The position numbers were made by a program, and so were the translations under genes. A stretch of 64,000 nt of DNA from Bacteroidota bacterium (GTDB lineage: Bacteria; Bacteroidota; Bacteroidia; AKYH767-A; OLB10): contig JAHEMF010000009.1 in NCBI GenBank assembly GCA_024643795.1, positions 15,955 through 79,954 on the forward strand, in the 5' to 3' direction. The first letter of the stretch is position 1; every line of letters begins with the position of its first letter. The notes below the pieces were generated by a model. That model was given only the letters and a program-made list of their open reading frames with translations, made no database searches and had not been told where the DNA came from. Shown here piece by piece: positions 48,024 to 57,184 of this stretch.

Positions 48024-48482
48024 TTAATGCTGATCTGTAGCAAACCATTCAGAGAAAGAATGGGGTGTTTCTTTCAGCTTCATGCAAACAAGTTCTATAT
48101 TATTTGGAAGCAGCTTTTGAATCCTGTGTGCAAAATCATTTAACATATTTTCGCAGGTAGGCTGGTAATCTACAAATATCACGTTCTCGAAATTTTTATC
48201 AAGATCCGGGATGTTTTTGTGTGGTGAATTTCCATTCAGGATCAGGGCGTGGTCAAGGCGGTCTACGATCTGCTCTTTTACGATCCCTTTTAGGTCGGTA
48301 AAGTCCATGACCATTCCATGCTTTGGGTTAGAAGGGTCGTTAACAGGAACTCCCGAAATGGTTACTTCCAGTGCGTAGGAGTGGCCATGAATATTTCGGC
48401 ACGGACCATCATAGCCGAATAAGGCATGCGCCATCTCAAAATGAAAGATCTTAGTAAGCCTGATTTTAGCCATCTGATGCAA
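48024..48482 (-). CDS. queD: 6-carboxy-5,6,7,8-tetrahydropterin synthase
   Basis: IFHFEMAHAL...CRNIHGHSY zinc-binding CxxxHGH motif. The true start may be the MAKIRL ATG at 48473. Confidence 0.8.
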   Translation of the reverse strand: MHQMAKIRLTKIFHFEMAHALFGYDGPCRNIHGHSYALEVTISGVPVNDPSNPKHGMVMDFTDLKGIVKEQIVDRLDHALILNGNSPHKNIPDLDKNFENVIFVDYQPTCENMLNDFAHRIQKLLPNNIELVCMKLKETPHSFSEWFATDQH

Positions 48483-48557
48483 ATTACAGATTAAACTTTA
48501 TTATTTCAAAGCAGAATGTAATAGTAATTTGAAGTGTAACGGCCATTAAGTACATTT

Positions 48558-49037
48558 GTGATTATTAAACACAAAAAGATGAATAACAAACTGATCTTAA
48601 TAACAATTGTAGCTGTTTTAGCGCTTGTTTCATGCGGTAGCCCCTATAAATACATAGGCAAGTCGTACGCCCCAACCCCTCAAGCTGAGATGTTTTTCAG
48701 AGAAGCGGATGTGCCTGAGCCATTTGAATTAATGGGGAAATTGGAAGTAGAATTGCCCGATTCAAAAAGCACGGAAAAGATCCAGAACAAGGTTATGCAG
48801 ATTGCAGCTACCAAAGGCGCTGATGCAGTGCTGATTGATAATTTTGATTTTACAACCGGCGGATTTACATCCGGAGGTGTGGGAGCAGGAAAGTCAGGCA
48901 AAAAAGGCGGCAGTGTTGGTGTATCCACATCTAAAACTAAAATTGATAAAAACATAAATATCAAAGCAACCCTTCTGAAATACAAATCCAGAATCGGTTC
49001 CCGTAGTAACAATCAGGGCGGCGATGAAGGACAGTGA
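48558..49037 (+). CDS. Hypothetical lipoprotein with Gly-rich C-terminus
   Basis: LALVSCGS lipobox. The start may be the MNNK ATG at 48579. Confidence 0.5.
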   Translation: MIIKHKKMNNKLILITIVAVLALVSCGSPYKYIGKSYAPTPQAEMFFREADVPEPFELMGKLEVELPDSKSTEKIQNKVMQIAATKGADAVLIDNFDFTTGGFTSGGVGAGKSGKKGGSVGVSTSKTKIDKNINIKATLLKYKSRIGSRSNNQGGDEGQ

Positions 49038-49141
49038 GTTGGTAAAATAACCGGATCTTTTGGATCCAGTATTGACCTAAACACTTTTTCAAAAGGTTTT
49101 TTATTTTCGTTTCAAATTCAGAGCTAATTTTATTTTTCAGG

Positions 49142-49948
49142 ATGAATTATCTGGATCTGCTTTTAGAACCTTTACTGCCCGGACCGGAGTTTAGTTATCT
49201 TCCATATACCATCATGTTATATTTGGTATTGATAACTGCAGCCTTTTGGTTTCTTGTCGTTTATTTCAAAAGGGCACTGCTAACATCCGGCTGGACTGCC
49301 CGCAAACAGTACAACACGATCAGAATTTTTATACTAATTGTTATTTCTTATGCCACCATTAGTCTAATAATTGGTAGGACAGAAATAATTGATGACCCTC
49401 AATTTATTAAAATAGGCTTAGGCTTCATTATGCTGATTCCGTGTCTGGCAATACTATTCTTAACCAGAAATAAATCAGCGGTACAGCTGCTTGATATAAT
49501 GCCCGATGCATTGCTGATAAATGCCAATATGTTCAGGGTAATTATTGAACCTTCAGCGTATTTATTAAATCTTGAAGAGCAGATCCCCAGGTCAATTACC
49601 ATTCAAGGTGATAATCCCGAGATTATGATCGCATTCAGTGCTCCAATAATGATCGCGTTGTTTTTTAATGACGATGTTAAACGTTACAATATTGCTATTG
49701 CCTGGAATTTTTTAGGATTGATGTCTTTGGGGTATTTTATTTATTTGATCCTTAACATGTCGCCAGACTTTAACAGATACTACATCGTTGGCGACCCGGC
49801 ATACATAATGACGTCCTTTCCATTTATTTTGTACTCCTCACTTTATGTACCTGTAGCATTTGGGCTGCATGCGCTTTCCATTAAACAACTGCTAAGAGAT
49901 AAAAAGAACCCGATCAAGTATGATATTTCATATCTGAATCCTGAATGA
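49142..49948 (+). CDS. Hypothetical polytopic membrane protein
   Basis: About 6 to 7 TM helices; no motif recognised. Confidence 0.5.
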   Translation: MNYLDLLLEPLLPGPEFSYLPYTIMLYLVLITAAFWFLVVYFKRALLTSGWTARKQYNTIRIFILIVISYATISLIIGRTEIIDDPQFIKIGLGFIMLIPCLAILFLTRNKSAVQLLDIMPDALLINANMFRVIIEPSAYLLNLEEQIPRSITIQGDNPEIMIAFSAPIMIALFFNDDVKRYNIAIAWNFLGLMSLGYFIYLILNMSPDFNRYYIVGDPAYIMTSFPFILYSSLYVPVAFGLHALSIKQLLRDKKNPIKYDISYLNPE

Positions 49949-49955
49949 TCAGACC

Positions 49956-52430
49956 TTACTCAGGCCCAAGAAGCCCTTTAAAACCAAAGACCACCCCTGA
50001 TTTAACATGCCCGTTTTCATCAAAAGCAGTCACGAAATCAACACGAATAAAACCCAGTTTTTCCAACCCAAATCCAACTTCAAAATGGTCGTTAAAAGTT
50101 CCGGATCTGAGATACCTGGCCGATACAACTTCATTGAGCTTTAGCTTTCTTAAAAGAGGAACTTTATTCAAAATAAAACCTCCGAAACCATGTGAAACAG
50201 AAGCAGTGAAATAGTTGTCATTAGTAGAATACGCATAGTAATCAAGGTTTTCAAACCTGCGATCAGAGAAAGAAGAAACAATGGTTTGGTTGCCGTTAAA
50301 ATGCCGAAAGTCATAAAAATAATCAGGAGAGCTATTTAAAAAGCTGCCATATGCCAACCTGTATTCAAAGGTGCCAATGAGTCCCAGGTCAAGGTCGTCA
50401 GTAACATTAAACTCATAAAATAAGAAATCATCATCAGACCTGATCACATTCTTTAATGCAGAACAAACATTTAATCCAAATTTCGGATAAGGCGACCCAA
50501 GTATATATTTTATATCCGGCCTGGATATGTATTGCTGGCCTGGAACATATGTTATGTTCAGGGTTGTTAAAAATGCGGTGTTGGCTTCATAAGCCACAGG
50601 ATCTGCATTCAGGTTCAAGGGCGTGTTAGTGGTATAATCTCTTGAAGTGGATTTAGAAAAAGAATAGTCAGTTGTGTTTTCAACGGGAGAACGTTCAGCA
50701 TATGTCAAATTCATATCAAGCTTGAAGCCATTGAAAACTTCAATACCTGCATCCAGAGAAATATAATCTTTACGATAGAGTTTCATATAATTTTTTCTGT
50801 CTGCCAGCGAGTATATGGTATTAATGAGCGGAGTTATAGGAGCATCTTCATTAAACTGATTCAAAATTGTTCCTCCGGAAATACCAATAGAGCCAAATCT
50901 TTTTGGGTTAAATTGATATGTTGCGCCTCCAATAAGATTAAGCCGTTCATTCGAGAACCCATAGCGTCCTAAAGCAAAGATCCTGTATTCCTTACGGTCT
51001 TCAAAATCTTTTGTTTTTGATAACTCCAATGCAGCATTCCATCCTTCAACAGTGTTGAACTGAATGCTGTTTATCGGAGAACTCACAGAATAACTCGTTT
51101 TCTTTTTACGGTTTCTAAAAGTATAACCTGTGAGCAGATTACCAAACTCAGGCTTGTTTGATCTATGATCCAGTGAATCCAGATAAACATCAGATTCCCT
51201 CAAGACCCTGAGGCTATCTCTTTTGGTGTAATCCTGAATTTCAATATTTGTAAGAGGTACAGGTCTTATTTGTTGCCAGTAAACACTATCTCTCTTGTTA
51301 GATCCCTTTTGAACTTTCATGAACTCTCCTTTTGAAAATAGTTTTTTAGGAAACATAGGTGTAACGTTATATTTGGAATAGACCGCCAGATAATCACCAC
51401 CACCTTTAAAACCCATAAAACTGAAACCAAAATGGAATGAGGCTGACCCTCTCATCCAGATCTCCTTCGTGTTGTCAACAGGAATGTAAACCTGATTGAT
51501 ATAGAGGCTGTCTACAAATTCGATCTGAGCTTCTTTAGTGATCCATAAGCCTGCACCATGCAATCGCCAGGTACTATCCTGGATGAATATATGTCCTCTG
51601 AAAACAGGATCATTTTTTCTTCTTGGTATAACTTTTATTTTGTTGATAACCACACCATCTTCCACATATGTTGCCTCTAATTGATATTTATAGAAGAACA
51701 ATGCATTTGAAGCTAAAGGTGAAACAAAACCTCGTTGACTGATATCTCCAAAATCCAATAGATTCTCATAGAAATTGAGGTCCATAGAGGCTGCCTGGTT
51801 AAAGCTGAACGACTTGTTACTTCCGCTTACTTTAGACGAGATCATCTCTTCATGGACCTTATCCGGGTACTTAAAGTTGTATTTTGAAACAGACTCCGAG
51901 AGATAAATGATCCCGGTTTTTTCATCAACAAACTCTGAAAGGTCAACTTTTATTCCTAAAATTCTCTTGGGATATTCAATGATCTTTTGAATCCCTTTGA
52001 TATAAACATCACAGGAATATTCTTTAACCTCCTGCAGAAAATATTTTCTTTTAGCAATTGCCTTTCTGATGATCTCATACGCCGGATCTTCTTCGCCTGC
52101 GGTGATAACAACCTGTTGGATGGTATAATTTTCTGATGTTAGAGTAACATCTTTTTGCTGTTCAACAGAAAACGAATCAAAATGAATTGTCTTGGTTTGA
52201 TACCCCAAGAATTTAAACACAAGTTCAGAAGGCTCGCGTGTAAGTTCGATCTTATAGTATCCTTCTTCATTTGTGGTAGTACCGTTAGTTGTACCATTTT
52301 CATAAACATTGGCATAGCCCAGAGGCTCCCCTCTTTCATTTTTTACTCTGCCATGAATGATTTGACCATAGGTTGGTTCTGCGAAAAGCAGAATAGTAAG
52401 TACCCAGAAAATAATATGTTCTTTTCGCAC
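49956..52430 (-). CDS. Carboxypeptidase-regulatory-like domain plus DUF5686-type outer-membrane beta-barrel protein
   Basis: N-terminus GRVKNERGEPLGYANVYENGTT...EGYYKIE is CarbopepD_reg-like. An amphipathic beta-rich segment of about 700 aa ending in an aromatic residue follows. Confidence 0.65.
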   Translation of the reverse strand: MRKEHIIFWVLTILLFAEPTYGQIIHGRVKNERGEPLGYANVYENGTTNGTTTNEEGYYKIELTREPSELVFKFLGYQTKTIHFDSFSVEQQKDVTLTSENYTIQQVVITAGEEDPAYEIIRKAIAKRKYFLQEVKEYSCDVYIKGIQKIIEYPKRILGIKVDLSEFVDEKTGIIYLSESVSKYNFKYPDKVHEEMISSKVSGSNKSFSFNQAASMDLNFYENLLDFGDISQRGFVSPLASNALFFYKYQLEATYVEDGVVINKIKVIPRRKNDPVFRGHIFIQDSTWRLHGAGLWITKEAQIEFVDSLYINQVYIPVDNTKEIWMRGSASFHFGFSFMGFKGGGDYLAVYSKYNVTPMFPKKLFSKGEFMKVQKGSNKRDSVYWQQIRPVPLTNIEIQDYTKRDSLRVLRESDVYLDSLDHRSNKPEFGNLLTGYTFRNRKKKTSYSVSSPINSIQFNTVEGWNAALELSKTKDFEDRKEYRIFALGRYGFSNERLNLIGGATYQFNPKRFGSIGISGGTILNQFNEDAPITPLINTIYSLADRKNYMKLYRKDYISLDAGIEVFNGFKLDMNLTYAERSPVENTTDYSFSKSTSRDYTTNTPLNLNADPVAYEANTAFLTTLNITYVPGQQYISRPDIKYILGSPYPKFGLNVCSALKNVIRSDDDFLFYEFNVTDDLDLGLIGTFEYRLAYGSFLNSSPDYFYDFRHFNGNQTIVSSFSDRRFENLDYYAYSTNDNYFTASVSHGFGGFILNKVPLLRKLKLNEVVSARYLRSGTFNDHFEVGFGLEKLGFIRVDFVTAFDENGHVKSGVVFGFKGLLGPE

Positions 52431-52507
52431 GTTTAGGAATCTGAAACCGGATACAAAAATAAAACCCGACCTGAAAGGGCCGGGCTATATGTTAAAGATA
52501 AATAAGA

Positions 52508-52903
52508 TTACTTAGCATCTTCTTTCATTTGTTGAATGCGATTCCACTCTTCAGATGTTAATCCGCGAAAGGCAAATGTGGTTGTTTGGCCATTTCGTGT
52601 GCTGGTGATCTGACCGTGAATAGTCACGCCGTCAATAGTTCCATTCATTGTAACAGTTTCGCCACCGGACTTAGAAAAGCTGGCGGTAAATTCACTGCCG
52701 TTTTCCTGGAAACTTCCTTTAGAAAAGGTCTTACTGTTGATCTCAGAATTATTAACAGTTAAAACATCCATGATCTCATCACCACCATTTTCATCAACCA
52801 TTACGATGTTGTAGGATTGCCCGGTCAAACGGTCACTTTGTGCGTTTGCAGAGAACATGGCGCTAACAAAGGCCACTACCATAAAGAGTCTGAATATTTT
52901 CAT
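52508..52903 (-). CDS. Hypothetical small secreted protein
   Basis: Signal peptide MKIFRLFMVVAFVSAMFSANAQ; 131 aa. Confidence 0.5.
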   Translation of the reverse strand: MKIFRLFMVVAFVSAMFSANAQSDRLTGQSYNIVMVDENGGDEIMDVLTVNNSEINSKTFSKGSFQENGSEFTASFSKSGGETVTMNGTIDGVTIHGQITSTRNGQTTTFAFRGLTSEEWNRIQQMKEDAK

Positions 52904-52980
52904 TGTAAATTAGTTTAACAGAATTAGAACGTATAAAGATAATGATGTTTTTATATAATTGTCAATGGGGAGACAAGAGG

Positions 52981-54909
52981 TTATGCAAACACTTCATTAT
53001 CAACCAGTTGCCGAATGGCATTGACGATAGATGCAGTGTCAAAACCACATTCGGTATATAATTCAGGCTGTTCTCCATGTTCTACGAACCTGTCGGGGAT
53101 GCCAAGCCTTACCACTTGCGCATGATATCCTTTGTCTGCCATGAATTCAAGAATGGCACTTCCGAACCCTCCACTTATACAACCATCTTCAACAGTAACA
53201 ATGCGGGTATACTTTTTAAATACTTCATGCAATAATTCTTCGTCCAATGGTTTTACAAACCGCAGGTCATAGTGAGCAGGTTTAAACCCTTCCTCTTGTA
53301 AAATGGCACAGGCTTCTACTGCAAAATTTCCCGGGTGTCCGATAGACAATATTGCAGCATTTTCACCATCACAGATCTTGCGTCCTTTTCCTGGAGGGAT
53401 CTCGATAATTGGAGTGCGCCAGTCAGTTAATACCCCATTTCCTCTCGGATATCTAATAGAGTAAGGTCCATTATGAATAGTGGCTGAATACATCAGGTTA
53501 CGTAATTCAGATTCATCCATAGGAGCCGATACAACCATGTTTGGAATACATCTGAAATAGGCAAGATCAAATGCTCCATGATGTGTGGGCCCATCAGCCC
53601 CTGCGAGCCCACCTCTGTCAAGACAAAATATCACATGTAGGTTTTGAAGCGCAACATCATGTACTACCTGATCATACGCCCTTTGCATAAACGAAGAATA
53701 GATGTTACAAAATGGAATAAGTCCGCTTGTGGCTAATCCGGCCGAGAATGTTACAGCATGCTGTTCAGCAATACCAACATCAAACGCCCTTTCGGGGATC
53801 TCCTTCATCATAATATTAAGAGAACACCCTGAAGGCATCGCAGGTGTTACACCTACGATCTTTATATTTTGTTTTGCTAACTCTACAATCGTGTGTCCGA
53901 AAACATCCTGATACTTTGGAGGTTTTGGACCAGAACTGGCAGGTTTGAAAATTTCACCTGAGATCTTGTCAAATAATCCTGGCGCATGCCACTTTGTTTG
54001 ATCCTTTTCGGCAAGCTCAAAACCCTTTCCTTTTACTGTTAAGCAATGGAGTATCTTAGGTCCGGGTATGTCTTTCAGGTCGCGAAGTACTTTGGCAAGG
54101 TGATTAACATCATGCCCATCAATTGGGCCAAAATATCTGAAACGCAGTGACTCAAAAAGGTTACTTTGTCTTAGCAGGGCAGACTTGACGGCATTCTCAA
54201 CTTTTTGAGCTATCGACTGCGCATTGGGTCCAAACCGACTGATCTTTCCTAATATTTTCCACACCTCGTCCTTAACGGCATTGTACGTATGCGAAGTAGT
54301 TATATCAGTAAGATATTCTTTTAGTGCACCAACATTGGGGTCAATGCTCATGCAGTTATCATTTAATACAACAAGCAAATTGGAGTCTTCAACGCCACCA
54401 TGATTAAGGCCTTCAAATGCCAATCCGGCGGTCATAGCGCCGTCACCTATCACAGCAATGTGCTGACGTTTAGTATCACCGTTAAGTCGGGCGCCGACAG
54501 CCATACCCAAGGCTGCTGATATGGAGGTAGAAGAATGGCCAACGCCAAATGTATCGTAAGGCGATTCAGAGCGCTTGGGAAATCCACTAATACCCTTATA
54601 TATCCTGTTAGTATGAAAAACCGGTCGCCTTCCTGTAAGGATCTTGTGGCCATAAGCCTGATGACCCACGTCCCACACCAGCTGATCATTTGGGGTATTA
54701 AAAATGTAATGTAGGGCTACCGTTAGCTCAACAACACCCAGGCTGGCACCAAAATGACCTCCATTAACCGAAACAATATCTATTATGTAATTACGTAACT
54801 CTTCTGAAATCTGTTTAAGCTGTGATTCATTTAGCTTACGCAGATCAGAAGGCTCATTAATGGTACTTAATAAAGGGCCTGCCTTGACTTCCATGCAACT
54901 GCTTTTCAA
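52981..54909 (-). CDS. dxs: 1-deoxy-D-xylulose-5-phosphate synthase
   Basis: GHFGASLGVVELTVALHY...DVGHQAY...GDGAMTAG thiamine-diphosphate motifs; 642 aa. Confidence 0.9.
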   Translation of the reverse strand: MKSSCMEVKAGPLLSTINEPSDLRKLNESQLKQISEELRNYIIDIVSVNGGHFGASLGVVELTVALHYIFNTPNDQLVWDVGHQAYGHKILTGRRPVFHTNRIYKGISGFPKRSESPYDTFGVGHSSTSISAALGMAVGARLNGDTKRQHIAVIGDGAMTAGLAFEGLNHGGVEDSNLLVVLNDNCMSIDPNVGALKEYLTDITTSHTYNAVKDEVWKILGKISRFGPNAQSIAQKVENAVKSALLRQSNLFESLRFRYFGPIDGHDVNHLAKVLRDLKDIPGPKILHCLTVKGKGFELAEKDQTKWHAPGLFDKISGEIFKPASSGPKPPKYQDVFGHTIVELAKQNIKIVGVTPAMPSGCSLNIMMKEIPERAFDVGIAEQHAVTFSAGLATSGLIPFCNIYSSFMQRAYDQVVHDVALQNLHVIFCLDRGGLAGADGPTHHGAFDLAYFRCIPNMVVSAPMDESELRNLMYSATIHNGPYSIRYPRGNGVLTDWRTPIIEIPPGKGRKICDGENAAILSIGHPGNFAVEACAILQEEGFKPAHYDLRFVKPLDEELLHEVFKKYTRIVTVEDGCISGGFGSAILEFMADKGYHAQVVRLGIPDRFVEHGEQPELYTECGFDTASIVNAIRQLVDNEVFA

Positions 54910-55045
54910 TTGTCAAATTTACGATTTTGCCTGAGAATTAACCCTTTTAACGGGGGATTTGGGTATTTATGTCACTAACAATTAAAATAATACCAATGTT
55001 TTGAATCTTTTCTCAAAGCAGGGTTAGCCAATAATTAATCTAACT

Positions 55046-56218
55046 TTGTCAGTCAATTTATTACCTCAAAATATGACCATGAAATTCGGAACAAAAGCTA
55101 TACATGCAGGTCAGGAACCTGACCCCTCTACAGGGGCAATAATGACACCCATTTATCAAACCTCTACCTATGTTCAGGAATCGCCGGGACAAACTAAAGG
55201 TTATTCTTATGCAAGAGGTAAAAACCCTACACGTTCGGCGCTGGAAAAGAATTTAGCTGCACTTGAAAATGCAAAGCATGGCCTTTGTTTTTCTAGCGGC
55301 ATGGGAGCAAGTGATGCGGTCATTAAAATGCTAAAACCCGGCGATGAGGTTATTGCAAGCCGCGATCTGTATGGTGGCTCTTACCGCATGTTCACTAAGA
55401 TATATGCACCGTTCGGGATCAAATTTCACTTTGTGGATATGCATTCAGTTAATGACCTGAAACCTCACATTAACTCCAACACCAAACTGCTTTGGGTTGA
55501 AACGCCAACCAACCCAACCATGCAGATCACTGATATCAAAGCCTGTTCCGCAATTGCGAAAGAACATAAGCTTATAATGGTGGTTGACAACACTTTTGCA
55601 TCACCATATTTACAAAACCCCTTGGATTTAGGTGCTGATATAGTGATGCATTCTGTTACCAAATATCTGGGAGGACACTCTGATGTGGTGATGGGAGCCT
55701 TGTGCACCAACTCTGATGACCTTTATGAAAAGTTGGCTTTCATTTTAAATTCCAGCGGTGCAAACCCGGGACCTATGGATTCATTCCTGGTTTTGAGAGG
55801 CATCAAAACTTTACATGTTAGAATGGATCGTCATTGTGCTAATGGAAAGAAGATCGCACATTTCCTTCGTGAACATCCCAAAGTTGACAAAGTATACTGG
55901 CCCGGATTTGAAGATCATCCAAACCATCTGATTGCAAAATCACAAATGAAAGATTTTGGCGGCATGATCTCCTTCACCCTAAAGGGAGACAGCAAGGAAG
56001 ACGCTTTCAGAATGGCATCTTCCACCAAAGTATTTTCATTGGCCGAATCACTCGGTGGTGTGGAGTCACTCATTGGGCACCCTGCCACCATGACTCATGC
56101 AGCTATCCCCGCAGAAGAACGTGCAAAAACCGGGGTTACCGATTCTCTTATCCGCTTAAGCGTTGGAATTGAAGATATTGAAGACCTGATTGAAGATCTG
56201 AAACAGGCCATTGGCTAA
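55046..56218 (+). CDS. Cys/Met-metabolism PLP-dependent enzyme (cystathionine gamma-synthase / gamma-lyase family)
   Basis: MKFGTKAIHAGQEPD...TPIYQTSTY; PLP-Lys in SVTKYLGGHSDV. The start may be the ATG at 55073. Confidence 0.8.
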   Translation: MSVNLLPQNMTMKFGTKAIHAGQEPDPSTGAIMTPIYQTSTYVQESPGQTKGYSYARGKNPTRSALEKNLAALENAKHGLCFSSGMGASDAVIKMLKPGDEVIASRDLYGGSYRMFTKIYAPFGIKFHFVDMHSVNDLKPHINSNTKLLWVETPTNPTMQITDIKACSAIAKEHKLIMVVDNTFASPYLQNPLDLGADIVMHSVTKYLGGHSDVVMGALCTNSDDLYEKLAFILNSSGANPGPMDSFLVLRGIKTLHVRMDRHCANGKKIAHFLREHPKVDKVYWPGFEDHPNHLIAKSQMKDFGGMISFTLKGDSKEDAFRMASSTKVFSLAESLGGVESLIGHPATMTHAAIPAEERAKTGVTDSLIRLSVGIEDIEDLIEDLKQAIG

Positions 56219-56244
56219 TAAAAACTGTTTAAAACGCACCTGAT

Positions 56245-56940
56245 ATGGCACAGAATAAATTTGCAGTTATTGGTTTAGGACAATTTGGTAATGCTATTGC
56301 CCGCACTCTGGCTTTGAGAGGAGCGGATGTTTTGGCTATTGATAGCGATGAAGAGCATATTGATAACATAAAAGAAGATGTTTCTTATGCAGTATGCCTG
56401 GATGCTACTGATATCAAGGCCCTAAGATTACAGAATATTCAGGATATGGACGGTGTGGTTGTAGCTATTGGCGAAGACTTTGAAGCCCTCTTGCTGTGCG
56501 TTGTGCAATTGATGGAACTTAACGTTACCCGGATTATGGCCCGGGCAAATGGTAAGCACCAGCGAATGATTCTTGAAAAGATCGGAGTAAGTGAGATTCT
56601 TTCACCTGAAAATGATGTAGGATTGGCTGTGGCCGAACGATTGATTAACCCCAATATCCTTACCTCGTTGATGCTTCCCGACAATTATGAAATTGTTGAG
56701 ATAAAGACTCCTAGAACAATGGCTAACAGGAACTTAGGGGATATTAACCTCCGGTCAAAGTACAACCTTAACCTAATCACAATAAAGCGGGAAACCGAGG
56801 TCATCAGCGGAGGAGAGGTTATTAAGGAAGGACATATCATGGGTGTGCCAAATTCGGAAACAGTCCTCATAGAATCAGATACTATCATAGTTTTTGGCTT
56901 AGTGCGTGATATTGAGCGGTTTATAGAAATAAACAAGTAG
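56245..56940 (+). CDS. TrkA/KtrA-family potassium-transporter NAD-binding subunit
   Basis: VIGLGQFGNAIARTL Rossmann motif and a C-terminal TrkA-C domain; 231 aa. Confidence 0.8.
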   Translation: MAQNKFAVIGLGQFGNAIARTLALRGADVLAIDSDEEHIDNIKEDVSYAVCLDATDIKALRLQNIQDMDGVVVAIGEDFEALLLCVVQLMELNVTRIMARANGKHQRMILEKIGVSEILSPENDVGLAVAERLINPNILTSLMLPDNYEIVEIKTPRTMANRNLGDINLRSKYNLNLITIKRETEVISGGEVIKEGHIMGVPNSETVLIESDTIIVFGLVRDIERFIEINK

Positions 56941-57184
56941 AATTCCGCCACAGACCGCTTTTCATTACTTTGACCTGACACTGTGACCCTGGTTACTTAT
57001 ATTTCTCGCATATTATCAGTAAATTAGCACCATTAATTCAGTGTGTGTAAATGTTAATTTGGGGTGTTTGGTCGATATATGGATTGAACATCCTTTTTTA
57101 ATCTTCGCTCACTTAAACCATCCAGTCAGATGAATGGTTTAAATAGCAGATCAACCTCAAACAAAATCACCTAAAAAAATAACA

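Noticed and set aside
54910-55078. Possible SAM or other riboswitch upstream of the Cys/Met PLP enzyme and dxs
   Set aside because: The shared spacer lacks the SAM-I core, the TPP (CUGAGA) motif and any strong multi-stem structure that I could fold by eye.
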